Position numbers and translations under genes: made by a program. Below the pieces are notes generated by a model, which saw nothing but the letters and a program-made list of their open reading frames with translations, did no database searches and was not told where the DNA came from. Shown here piece after piece: positions 55,587 through 64,000 of a stretch of 64,000 bases of DNA. Source of the DNA: an uncultured bacterium. Lineage in GTDB: Bacteria > Patescibacteriota > Minisyncoccia > Moranbacterales > GWC2-37-73. Within the stretch, counting starts at the first letter, position 1. Every line of letters starts with the position of its first letter. The stretch spans positions 21,220 to 85,219 of the forward strand of contig CAISKQ010000060.1 of assembly GCA_903885965.1 (NCBI GenBank), in the 5' to 3' direction.

Positions 55587-58500
55587 CTATTGCACAATAC
55601 TTCCTGATTTGCGTTTTCTCCAAACAAAGATTCCAGCTCCAGCAAGAATAATGACAAGTAACCATTTCCAATTCGAAGCCCAGAAACCTGATTGATTTCC
55701 ATTTTCTTGATCAGTTGTTTCGCCCAACACCGAACCAGTATCATTTGAGCCGCCTGAAGCTTCAGTGGTTTTAACCACGCTGTCGTTGTTGCTATTTTCA
55801 GAGGCAGCCTTGTCTTTTGAAGCTGGTTCTGTACCCTGAAGCACTCCCACAGCTACTCTATTACCAGTTGGAATAGTAATTTTAATTACCTTGGAAGCAC
55901 TTTGGTTGCCGGCAGCATCTTCGGTCACGACTTTGTAGAAATAGGTCTTTCCAATTTCAACGTCACTGTCCTTATATACCTCCTCTTGCCTATTTTGTTT
56001 AGAAACTCGTGAGCCACTGTCTTTAACGAAGTTCTTTTTGGTTCCACGATAGATATAAACCTTTTCAATTGATTTGTCCTTGGCATCCCAAGAAACTTTA
56101 ACATCTTGCGTCTCTGGACGATATTTAGCACCCAGATTCTTCACGGTGTCTGGAGCAAGCGTGTCTAGCAATTCTCCGAAAGAAGTAAAATGATAGGTCA
56201 AAATCTTGGTGTCAGTGCCGTTGCTGATGGTACACTCGCCACATACTGGGGCTCCAGTTGGACTGTCATAGGTTCCTGTGCAAATATTAGTGATCTCCAT
56301 CCATTGATTTGAACCAGCTGGGCGATAACCAACCGCCCCAGTCACACCTGGCAGCGTTATGATTACTGGAGTATCAAAAGTGATTGTTCCATTTGGTGAA
56401 CCAAGTGTGATGACAGTACCACCAACTGCAAAACCAGCTGGTGCTTTGCCGCCGTTTGGCGTGCCGGCAGTTGGCGCTGAAATGATTCCGTCCCAACTAG
56501 CTGGGCCAGTCACTTTCGTACCGTCCGGAATGACCACATCAGCAACGTCAGAATTGATAGTGATTTGTGGCAAGGTGCCAGTTCCTCCTGTGAGCAGCGC
56601 ACTCACATCAATGGTTGGATCTTGTGTGCCACTTGCCACTTCAACTGTCACATTTTGATTTTGATCCGTCAGCACGACTTGCGGATTGCCAGCATTAACC
56701 GTGGCATTTCCATCTCCGTCTGGGGCGGTTTGTCCGATTGTGAAAGTTCCATCAGCAGCATATGCGATGTCATAGTTTACATCCGTAGCATCAAAAGCAG
56801 TGATGCGATATGCACCAACAGTTTCACCAGCTTCACGGGTCAATCTCACCGGCGTATCAAGTGCCAATTCATTTTCACCATTCACAAATCCAGCATAAGA
56901 GGCCGTAAGTGTCGGATCAACAGCCCCATATGTTTTGCTAATATCATCAGCTGCAATAGTAAGAGCTTTCTGCTCAATAGTAAGGGTGCTATTCGTTGGA
57001 GTTACAGCATAGTTTGGATTAGAGCCAAGAGTCACAACGATTGCTGGTGTGCCAACATTAGAAAATTGAGTTGCAGTTGTGCCAAGTGTGTAGTTGAGTG
57101 CATCACCATTAATGATTCCAGCAACAACCGCTGTTAATTCTGGATTAACATCGCCATAAGTTTTTGTTTTAGCTTCAGCAACAACCGTCGCAGCTTTCTG
57201 CTCAATAGTAAAGCTTTGTGACACATCAGATGCTCCGTTGTAATTAGCATTGCCTGCTTGGTGAGCAGTCACAGTGCAAGAGCCAGCGCCTGTAATATGA
57301 ATTGCGTTATCGATACTTGAACAATTGCCAGAAGTGCTAAACACAACGGTCAGGCCAGAACTTGCTGAGGCGCTCACTGTAAAATCAACACCACCATAAG
57401 TTTTTCCAGACAATGCATCAAATGTAATTGCTTGATTTGCTTTAACAACATTTACCGTTCTTGTCACTGGTGTAGCAACGTTTCCTGCAGCATCGGTCGC
57501 ATTATAAGTTATCGTATATGTTCCAACCATATTTGTATCCACCGTTCCACTGGCATTCACGGCAACTGACGGATCCACATTATCAGTGGCAGTTGCACCC
57601 GCATCCACGTACGAACTTCCATACGTAATATCAATAGGGTTTGGATTATTAATTGTAATCACTGGCGGAGTTGTATCAACTGGTAGCGCTTGTACATATG
57701 CAGCATACTGCGAAAAATGACTCGTCCAAATTACCAAATCATTTCCAACGTCAATTTTACAACCACCATTTTTCCTAGCCAAATCTCCTGAATTTTGAGA
57801 ATCAGCAGCGCAAATATTAGCTATTTCAGTAAATTCTCCACCCACTTGCTTAAAACCAGTTCGCTTGCCAGCCTGACCAGGCAATAAAATCCTGACGGCC
57901 CTGTCAAAAGAAAGATTGGTGTTGATTGAGCCGACTTCAATTGCAGCATCAACTGAAAGTGCTCCTGGCACAGTTACGTCTTTTACATTTAAAGCGACTG
58001 GGGCGGAAATGATGCCATTCCAGTTTAGGTCTTTACTTGTAATTGTTGTCTGATTTGGAATTAATACTTGAGCAGAGTCTGAAGAAATTGAAATCTGTGG
58101 CAAAAGTCCAGTTCCATTGTCGCCAATAAGACTACTGACATTGACCGTTGCATTTTCAACCCCAGCTGCAACTGACACTACCGTAGCGCTTTGATTAGAA
58201 CTACTAACTAAAGCCTCCGAAGTGTCCGCATTGACATTGGTTGTTCCCCCTCCAGCCATAACTTGCTTTACTGTTGAAGTTCCTATGTTAGTAATATAGG
58301 CCATCCCAGGACCTGGGGAGACAAAAGGAATGTCAAAAAATGGCACGTAAGATGAGTTATTCCCCAAAATATCTTGAATATATAGATAAAACTTCCAACG
58401 TCCACCAGACGAATTTGTCGGAAGAGTTGCTTCGCAAATATATTTATTTTCAGCTATTTTTGTAACCAGCGTAGGAATAGCATATTGACTATTTCCTAAC

Positions 58501-61500
58501 AACTCACAAGAATTCTCATAATAACGGCCCAATGGCTCTGAAGTTTCAAATACTGCTGTGATTTTTCGTGAATGATTGTCAGTATTAACCGTGGTTGGTG
58601 TGACAGAAAAAGAATTGAGTTTTGGCCCAGTTTCATCTGAGATTTTTGCATCATTATTTATTACTGCTCCATCATGAGATGCTGGCCAGCTTTTTGTGTT
58701 TGAATCAAAACCAAAAGGATATCCATTTAGATAGCGTGCGTCATAATAACTATTATTCCAAAAACTATCTGCGAAGCTTAATCGAAAATACCAGTCTCCT
58801 TTTGCTGAACCTACTGGCAGTGTAAATTTACAAGTGTATTGATCTCCATTTTTTGTAACAATGTTATTATATATACCTCCCTGATAATTTTGACCTGTCG
58901 TATTTGAACCCAAATTACAGCTAACTCCATCATCATTTACACCAACAGGATCAGAAACTTTAAACGTTGCAGTTATGGTCTGCGCAGCATTTGAAGTGTC
59001 AACCGTAGTTGGTGTGGCGGAGAACTCAGTCAAGACTGGACCAGTTTTATCCGCACTTTCCGCAGGAGCTATATTAGTGACTTTAGCTGTCGCATTTGGC
59101 AACACAGCATTTATGCCAGAAATAACCCCATTATCATATTTATAATTAGGGTCATATCTATAACTAACATAATGACCGAAATTATCCGAAATATCATTTA
59201 TCCCAAAATACCAAGCTCCAGTGGCTGAAAAAGCTGGCAAAACAACCGTGCAAGTGTAATTATTAACTTCTCCTGGCACAGCCCTCAAAACTCCCCATAC
59301 ATACTGACTGTTTTTATCTGAATGAAGCTCACAAATAGCACCATCTCCTTTTTCATCTAAATAGATACCGTTTTGACTTGTGATTGTGATGTTTGCAGTA
59401 ATAGTGTCTGAAGAAGTCGAAGTGTTAACTTCTGCCTTATCTACAGAAAATTCCGTGAGCGCTGGGGGTGCAATATTTCCAAGATCAAAAGTCGACATAT
59501 TTTGAATCACTATTCCTTTTGCGCCAGGAACCTCATTTAAGTTTATTATGCCTTCCTGGACTCTTTCCCCTGAACCATAGGCACTTCCATTACCAGACCT
59601 ATCCTGAAAAAACAAATTAAAATCCCATTCTCCTTGCGCTGACAAACTTTCAAAATTAAAAATGCAAGTATATTGATCCTTTTTGCCAGTACTTGCAATT
59701 GCTCCATTATACCTTTGATACGCTGTTTTATTTGTTGAAATTAATTGACAATCTGAATTATCAATGTTAACCCCCGATGGATCTGAAACGGTAAAAGTTG
59801 CCGCAACTGTCCTAGAAGATGGCAAGTCCGTGTTGATAGTTGTTGGGGTAGCTGAAAAAGAAGTTACAATCGGACCAGACTCGTCCTTAATCAAAAAGTC
59901 TACTGCATGAGAATTACTTTCACCCAAACAATCAGCGCTAATAAATTCATTAATTTCAACTTTCCAACCTGAACCTTGAGTTGCACTGTCAGCTAAGGTA
60001 TAAGAACCTTTTTGTGGATCAACGCTACCAGCAGTGCAAGTACTAATATATGACCACGTTCCTTCGGGAGATAAAATAGCAAAACGATAATATTTATTAA
60101 CTGAAAGTGATGACTCTGTTTTAAAATAGATCGTGTCACCTGGTTGAAATTTTAAACTATTAGTTGTAAATCCTAGATCTTCATAGGTCATCAAGAAAGC
60201 TGTACTTGTCTGATGGTCAACCGCAGCTGTCGCTGGAAAAACTGCCGTCACCACACCAGAGCCAGCGGCATTGGTTGTGATTGCACCAGCGACCGTGAAA
60301 AAGTTTTCGGCAATACCATCTAAAGTGTATCCAGTTTTGGGAGTAAGGGAGATGATTGCAATATATGCCGTGCTCGAAGCAAATTTCGTCGGATTTCCAT
60401 TCCAGACAATTGTTGCTGAATATTGATCTGTGTCGGCGATGAAAGCTGTTGGGTTTGCACCAGTTGAGGGAGCGACTATTCCATTAATTTGGGCTTGCGA
60501 GATTAAAGCGGCAGCCGTTGCTGGAAACGTAACCATCACAATGCTAGAATTAGGCGCATTCGTCGTTGTTGCCCCTGCGACAGTGAAAAAATTTTCTGAA
60601 ACACCGCTTTGGGTGTATCCATCCTTGGGTATAATTACGATAGTCGCAGTGTATACCGTGTCTGGAGCAAATATCGACGAACCATTATTCCAATAAATCT
60701 TCGCTGAATATTGATCCGTGTCAGCGATGGAGGAAGTAAGCGTTGCGCCAGTTACAGGAGCTATTATCCCGTTGATTTGAGCTTGCGAGATCACAATTGG
60801 ACCCGACGGTGCCGATGGTGTTCCTGGAGCAAGTTCTCCGACTGAAAACAATGTCGCATGATCAGTCTGAAACGTGCAAAGACCATTAATTACAGCGCAT
60901 GTTTGATTCTGACCGTTCAATTGTTGTGTTTGCCAATCTGTTGCCCACTCATTTTGGGAAAAGACGTTGAGCGTCCTGCCATTAAAGTTATACCCAATAT
61001 ACATCGAAATCGTGAGCGGTTTAGAAAATGAGAGAGCTGTCCCTTCAATGCCTAAACGGATAACACCCGCGGAATCATACCCTGCAAGAGAACTGTTCAC
61101 CTGAAAAGTCAAATCCTGAGCTGTAAGGGCTGTCATATCAAACACGCCACCATCTTTTTTGCTGATTTCAGTCCCACTTGGGATCGTAACAGTTGCATTT
61201 GAAGATTCCAGCGTGTAATCGAGATTGAAAGTAGCCTTGTTTGCAGTGGCTGGACTCGTTCCGTCCATAGAAATGTAACCAGCTGCAATATCTTGACTAA
61301 GGATATCTATCGGAAAAGTCGGGTTTAAGGAAACAGTCCTTCCGTTTGTTATATTATAGGTCTCTTTCATGGTCGAGCTCTTTTCAAAACCCTCTTTCAT
61401 TTCAATTGCTTTCAGTGTCATTGATTTTGAAACTTCAATCGGCCCAGCATATAGTGAGGACTTCTCGTTAGGCTTCGACCCGTCCGTCGTATAACGAATT

Positions 61501-62573
61501 TCAGGATTTAAACTACTGTCCGTAGAATTTAATTCGACGCTAACCGTTTCAGGATAGACGCCTCCATAAATAGAGGCTATCGGCATATCTAGCGGTGCCT
61601 GCAATTTACAGTTATCGCCGTTATCATCACAACCATACCCATATCCATAACCTGCAGGCAAAGACATGGTTTGTTCGAACCATAATTTTATATTATTAAA
61701 CCACACTATTAAACTAGAACTCTTCTCCACAATGAGAAAAAGTGTGAAATGATCTAATTTAGCATCTATCTTGTTATCTTTTACTTTCACATCACCTTCT
61801 GGCACCGTTTCGGCTTTTTCGAGTCCAGCCACGTTCTCGGCAAATTTAATCTCAACATCTGACTGATCTTTCGGCTTCGGCAGAGTCATCATATAAGTAA
61901 AAGTCCCGTCGGCCATGTCGGACGTGATGTCATATGCCTTATTGGAAAGCGCATGCAGAGTCGCGACCTGCTCATCTGAAAGCGTGATTTCTTCAATCGA
62001 AAGCTTGCCCGCATCTTTTGGTAATTTCGTGAAGGTGACGGTCACTTGATCATTTTGTGGTGCCACATACGTTTTTCCCAACGCAACTACCACGTTAGTG
62101 GTTGCTTTATTTCCGTCATTGTTCCACTGCGGCAAAGTTTTGTCAGTCGGAGTTGGAGTTAGAATTGGTTCATTTTGAGCAGGTGCCACCTGAGTTTCTG
62201 TTGGCGCAACTGTTGCGGCTGGCATTTCAACTTTCGGAGTTTCGGGGACTGGAGTTAACACAACTGGTTTTTCAATTGTGACTGGCGGTGTTGCAACAAC
62301 TGGCGTTTCAGGAACCGAAGTTGACACAACTGGCGTCTCAACTTTTGGCGCATCTTTTATCACTTCACTGGCTGCTGGAGCTGGATCAGTTGTCACCACT
62401 GTTGCTGCGGTTACATCCTCAGCCTTGGCTGTCATCAACCCTGCAACCAAAAAATTCAAGCTAGTCATATAAAAAATCATGATTGGCAACAAAGTGGCTG
62501 CCACAATTCTTCTGAGCACAATAATTTCTCTCGACAAAAGACTTAATTGGAACATCCTCTTAATTGTGTTCAT
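55587..62573 (-). CDS. Giant (2328 aa) cell-surface adhesin-like protein: signal anchor, Pro/Thr-rich linker, CHB_HEX_C-like, DUF5011/Ig-like, MBG and FN3-like domains, internal tandem repeats, C-terminal TM anchor with a basic tail.
   Basis: IRYTTDGSKPNEKSS (chitobiase-C-like). DTTPPVITINNPNPIDITYGSSYVDAGATATDNVD...GNVATPVTRTVNV (DUF5011-like). EQKALTIAADDISKTYGAVDP (MBG-like). FN3-like near the C-terminus. Two about 95-aa tandem repeats (ISQAQINGI...FPATAA). C-terminal WKWLLVIILAGAGIFVWRKRKS. Confidence 0.8.
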   Translation of the reverse strand: MNTIKRMFQLSLLSREIIVLRRIVAATLLPIMIFYMTSLNFLVAGLMTAKAEDVTAATVVTTDPAPAASEVIKDAPKVETPVVSTSVPETPVVATPPVTIEKPVVLTPVPETPKVEMPAATVAPTETQVAPAQNEPILTPTPTDKTLPQWNNDGNKATTNVVVALGKTYVAPQNDQVTVTFTKLPKDAGKLSIEEITLSDEQVATLHALSNKAYDITSDMADGTFTYMMTLPKPKDQSDVEIKFAENVAGLEKAETVPEGDVKVKDNKIDAKLDHFTLFLIVEKSSSLIVWFNNIKLWFEQTMSLPAGYGYGYGCDDNGDNCKLQAPLDMPIASIYGGVYPETVSVELNSTDSSLNPEIRYTTDGSKPNEKSSLYAGPIEVSKSMTLKAIEMKEGFEKSSTMKETYNITNGRTVSLNPTFPIDILSQDIAAGYISMDGTSPATANKATFNLDYTLESSNATVTIPSGTEISKKDGGVFDMTALTAQDLTFQVNSSLAGYDSAGVIRLGIEGTALSFSKPLTISMYIGYNFNGRTLNVFSQNEWATDWQTQQLNGQNQTCAVINGLCTFQTDHATLFSVGELAPGTPSAPSGPIVISQAQINGIIAPVTGATLTSSIADTDQYSAKIYWNNGSSIFAPDTVYTATIVIIPKDGYTQSGVSENFFTVAGATTTNAPNSSIVMVTFPATAAALISQAQINGIVAPSTGANPTAFIADTDQYSATIVWNGNPTKFASSTAYIAIISLTPKTGYTLDGIAENFFTVAGAITTNAAGSGVVTAVFPATAAVDHQTSTAFLMTYEDLGFTTNSLKFQPGDTIYFKTESSLSVNKYYRFAILSPEGTWSYISTCTAGSVDPQKGSYTLADSATQGSGWKVEINEFISADCLGESNSHAVDFLIKDESGPIVTSFSATPTTINTDLPSSRTVAATFTVSDPSGVNIDNSDCQLISTNKTAYQRYNGAIASTGKKDQYTCIFNFESLSAQGEWDFNLFFQDRSGNGSAYGSGERVQEGIINLNEVPGAKGIVIQNMSTFDLGNIAPPALTEFSVDKAEVNTSTSSDTITANITITSQNGIYLDEKGDGAICELHSDKNSQYVWGVLRAVPGEVNNYTCTVVLPAFSATGAWYFGINDISDNFGHYVSYRYDPNYKYDNGVISGINAVLPNATAKVTNIAPAESADKTGPVLTEFSATPTTVDTSNAAQTITATFKVSDPVGVNDDGVSCNLGSNTTGQNYQGGIYNNIVTKNGDQYTCKFTLPVGSAKGDWYFRLSFADSFWNNSYYDARYLNGYPFGFDSNTKSWPASHDGAVINNDAKISDETGPKLNSFSVTPTTVNTDNHSRKITAVFETSEPLGRYYENSCELLGNSQYAIPTLVTKIAENKYICEATLPTNSSGGRWKFYLYIQDILGNNSSYVPFFDIPFVSPGPGMAYITNIGTSTVKQVMAGGGTTNVNADTSEALVSSSNQSATVVSVAAGVENATVNVSSLIGDNGTGLLPQISISSDSAQVLIPNQTTITSKDLNWNGIISAPVALNVKDVTVPGALSVDAAIEVGSINTNLSFDRAVRILLPGQAGKRTGFKQVGGEFTEIANICAADSQNSGDLARKNGGCKIDVGNDLVIWTSHFSQYAAYVQALPVDTTPPVITINNPNPIDITYGSSYVDAGATATDNVDPSVAVNASGTVDTNMVGTYTITYNATDAAGNVATPVTRTVNVVKANQAITFDALSGKTYGGVDFTVSASASSGLTVVFSTSGNCSSIDNAIHITGAGSCTVTAHQAGNANYNGASDVSQSFTIEQKAATVVAEAKTKTYGDVNPELTAVVAGIINGDALNYTLGTTATQFSNVGTPAIVVTLGSNPNYAVTPTNSTLTIEQKALTIAADDISKTYGAVDPTLTASYAGFVNGENELALDTPVRLTREAGETVGAYRITAFDATDVNYDIAYAADGTFTIGQTAPDGDGNATVNAGNPQVVLTDQNQNVTVEVASGTQDPTIDVSALLTGGTGTLPQITINSDVADVVIPDGTKVTGPASWDGIISAPTAGTPNGGKAPAGFAVGGTVITLGSPNGTITFDTPVIITLPGVTGAVGYRPAGSNQWMEITNICTGTYDSPTGAPVCGECTISNGTDTKILTYHFTSFGELLDTLAPDTVKNLGAKYRPETQDVKVSWDAKDKSIEKVYIYRGTKKNFVKDSGSRVSKQNRQEEVYKDSDVEIGKTYFYKVVTEDAAGNQSASKVIKITIPTGNRVAVGVLQGTEPASKDKAASENSNNDSVVKTTEASGGSNDTGSVLGETTDQENGNQSGFWASNWKWLLVIILAGAGIFVWRKRKSGSIVQ

Positions 62574-62875
62574 AATTTTTTTATTCGCCAGGCGGCGAAT
62601 GATTAAGTAAATAAAAAAATATTAAAATTTGTTAAATTAATTCGGAGCAACAAAAAAAACAAACCAACAAAAAGAAGCCATCTAATGATTTCCTTTTGCT
62701 AATTCGTTTTTTGCTTTGTTTAAACATAATACCAAGATTCACTCAACCCAATACTAGGCCCTAAAATAAGCCAACGGCAATTAATACCTTAATCATGCGC
62801 TTTTTATTTCCATTGTCAAGCAAACGGCAAAGCTCAATTCTAGATCCTATTTAAAGTCACCTGCCAAAATATAGT

Positions 62876-64000
62876 TTAGTTTTTCAAACTGATTCTATAA
62901 ACCCAAATAGCTTGAGCCAAATCAGCATTATCCTGAAAGACTACTTTTCCAAATTTTTGAATATATTCTCGCATCGCTTGACTCATGCGTGACTTTGACA
63001 TCGAATCAACCAAGATGTAGGCATTTTGCTGCTTTCGCAAAGGACTAGCAATGTATTTGTCTAAAGGGCTATGCTGAGTATATAGCATTGGAGTCCCGGA
63101 ATAATGTTCTTTCCCCAATTGACCCGTACTATCCTGAACTCTACCGGTATACGAAATAGGAATGGCAAAAGTTGAACGACCGAGATAGATTTTATCCATA
63201 TAAGGATAAGCTGAAATAATTGCATCCTCATCTTTGATTTCAGTCTTAATTTCTTGATATGCTTGCTTAAAGTTTGGCTGCGGAGTATATTCTTCCAAGG
63301 CAAATATCACCTGAGGAGTAAATAATAATGAATGAACCGTAAAAAAATCAAAAGTTAACAAGACAATACAAATAAATAAATATTTTTTTGTAGTTGGAAA
63401 AAGAAAATTCAGAGCATAACTACTATACATAAAAAGGAAGGGAGTGACAAAAAACAAATATCGATACTGATTGACAAGCACAAAAAATGAAAAGAACAAG
63501 GTGGCAGCAATAAAGAATATCCCAATAACAACATGAACTCTCCAGTTATTTTTTTCATATATAATTGCCAGTAAAAAACCAAGAATTGTCAAAAAGAAAA
63601 AAATTCCAAAAAATTGCCAAAAATACCCATTCAAATAATATTTTCCATAATTAACCATTCCCATCCCCAACGCGGAGATCAACATGTCTCGAAATATATA
63701 TATGCCTAGTCCGAGCAAGGCTATGGAAATTAGGCCTAGCCTATAAAGTTTTTTTAGAAAAAGATAACCAATAAGCGGAACCAGCAACAAAATGCCAGCG
63801 CTTTTTGAAGCAATCGCACAAACAACAAAGATCAAAACCGCTATCAAATATTTTTTTTCTAATTTTTTTTCATAAATAATCAAAAATAGCAACGCCATTA
63901 GAATAAAGAAAACCAAAAGCGCATATGGCCTAAGTTGTCTACTCCAAGCGATTTGCCAATAGGAAAAAGTAAACAAGAAAGCTGAAAACAAACCCACCTT
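62876..64000 (-). CDS. GT-C fold membrane glycosyltransferase (ArnT/PMT-like); the N-terminus lies beyond the window end.
   Basis: Multiple TM helices followed by a C-terminal soluble domain; the reading frame is open to the window edge. Confidence 0.5.
   Translation of the reverse strand, partial: KVGLFSAFLFTFSYWQIAWSRQLRPYALLVFFILMALLFLIIYEKKLEKKYLIAVLIFVVCAIASKSAGILLLVPLIGYLFLKKLYRLGLISIALLGLGIYIFRDMLISALGMGMVNYGKYYLNGYFWQFFGIFFFLTILGFLLAIIYEKNNWRVHVVIGIFFIAATLFFSFFVLVNQYRYLFFVTPFLFMYSSYALNFLFPTTKKYLFICIVLLTFDFFTVHSLLFTPQVIFALEEYTPQPNFKQAYQEIKTEIKDEDAIISAYPYMDKIYLGRSTFAIPISYTGRVQDSTGQLGKEHYSGTPMLYTQHSPLDKYIASPLRKQQNAYILVDSMSKSRMSQAMREYIQKFGKVVFQDNADLAQAIWVYRISLKN

Noticed and set aside
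55587-62573. Diversity-generating retroelement targeting the giant surface protein.
   Set aside because: No reverse transcriptase gene and no template-repeat / variable-repeat pair with adenine-specific mismatches is visible in the window.
1-64000. Alternative genetic code (UGA=Gly code 25 or UGA=Trp code 4), given the CPR-like gene content and an in-frame stop in a GT2 gene.
   Set aside because: prfB (RF2) is present with its UGA-dependent programmed frameshift, and long ORFs are intact under table 11. The odd stop is TAG, which also terminates wzt, so it cannot be a sense codon.

Overview
This is an AT-rich (about 35% GC) bacterial segment, and nearly every gene is on the minus strand. The gene content looks like a Candidatus Patescibacteria (CPR)-type genome: many GT2/GT4/GT-C glycosyltransferases, a split Wzm/Wzt polysaccharide-export ABC transporter, two giant surface proteins with C-terminal membrane anchors, DUF4143 AAA+ ATPases, a four-helix-bundle protein and a GxxExxY protein. 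The genetic code is the standard table 11. The RF2 gene (prfB) carries its canonical CUU-UGA-C +1 frameshift site, so UGA is a stop codon, and intact genes end in TAA/TAG/TGA.

Recognisable core genes are ftsEX, prfB, a ZIP metal transporter, a reverse rubrerythrin, a porGDAB (pyruvate:ferredoxin oxidoreductase) operon, a MacAB-like efflux system (adaptor, ATPase, two permeases), rnhA, a pseudouridine synthase, an IDI-type isopentenyl-diphosphate isomerase fusion, tRNA-Thr(CGU), tRNA-Gln(CUG) and a tRNA-like element.

The most unusual material is structural. (1) Two loci where the end of a housekeeping gene is iterated as direct repeats, and each repeat is followed by an inserted gene. At the porB 3' end there are 3 copies of a 28-bp repeat next to tRNA-Thr. 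At the wzt/tagH 5' end there is one intact gene plus two decayed 5' copies. Both loci carry a DUF4143 AAA+ ATPase cassette. (2) A tandem 19-bp palindrome embedded in frame inside the Wzt ATPase, whose copy number determines the reading frame. (3) At least four families of short intergenic repeats. One is a REP/BIME-like family of paired hairpins. A TGACTGATGAC family brackets the four-helix-bundle gene, and a CGTGA family brackets the GxxExxY gene. The fourth is a 40-bp palindrome with an extended -10-like box, present in 4 copies around a PaaX-like regulator gene. (4) A GC-rich, compositionally foreign island of about 1 kb between a tRNA-like gene and tRNA-Gln. (5) A membrane-anchored ClpC-like unfoldase with a degenerate first ATPase domain, embedded in the envelope-glycosylation cluster. 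(6) An in-frame TAG at a conserved Trp codon of a GT2 gene.

No CRISPR array, no cas genes, no rRNA, no integrase or transposase and no reverse transcriptase were seen.
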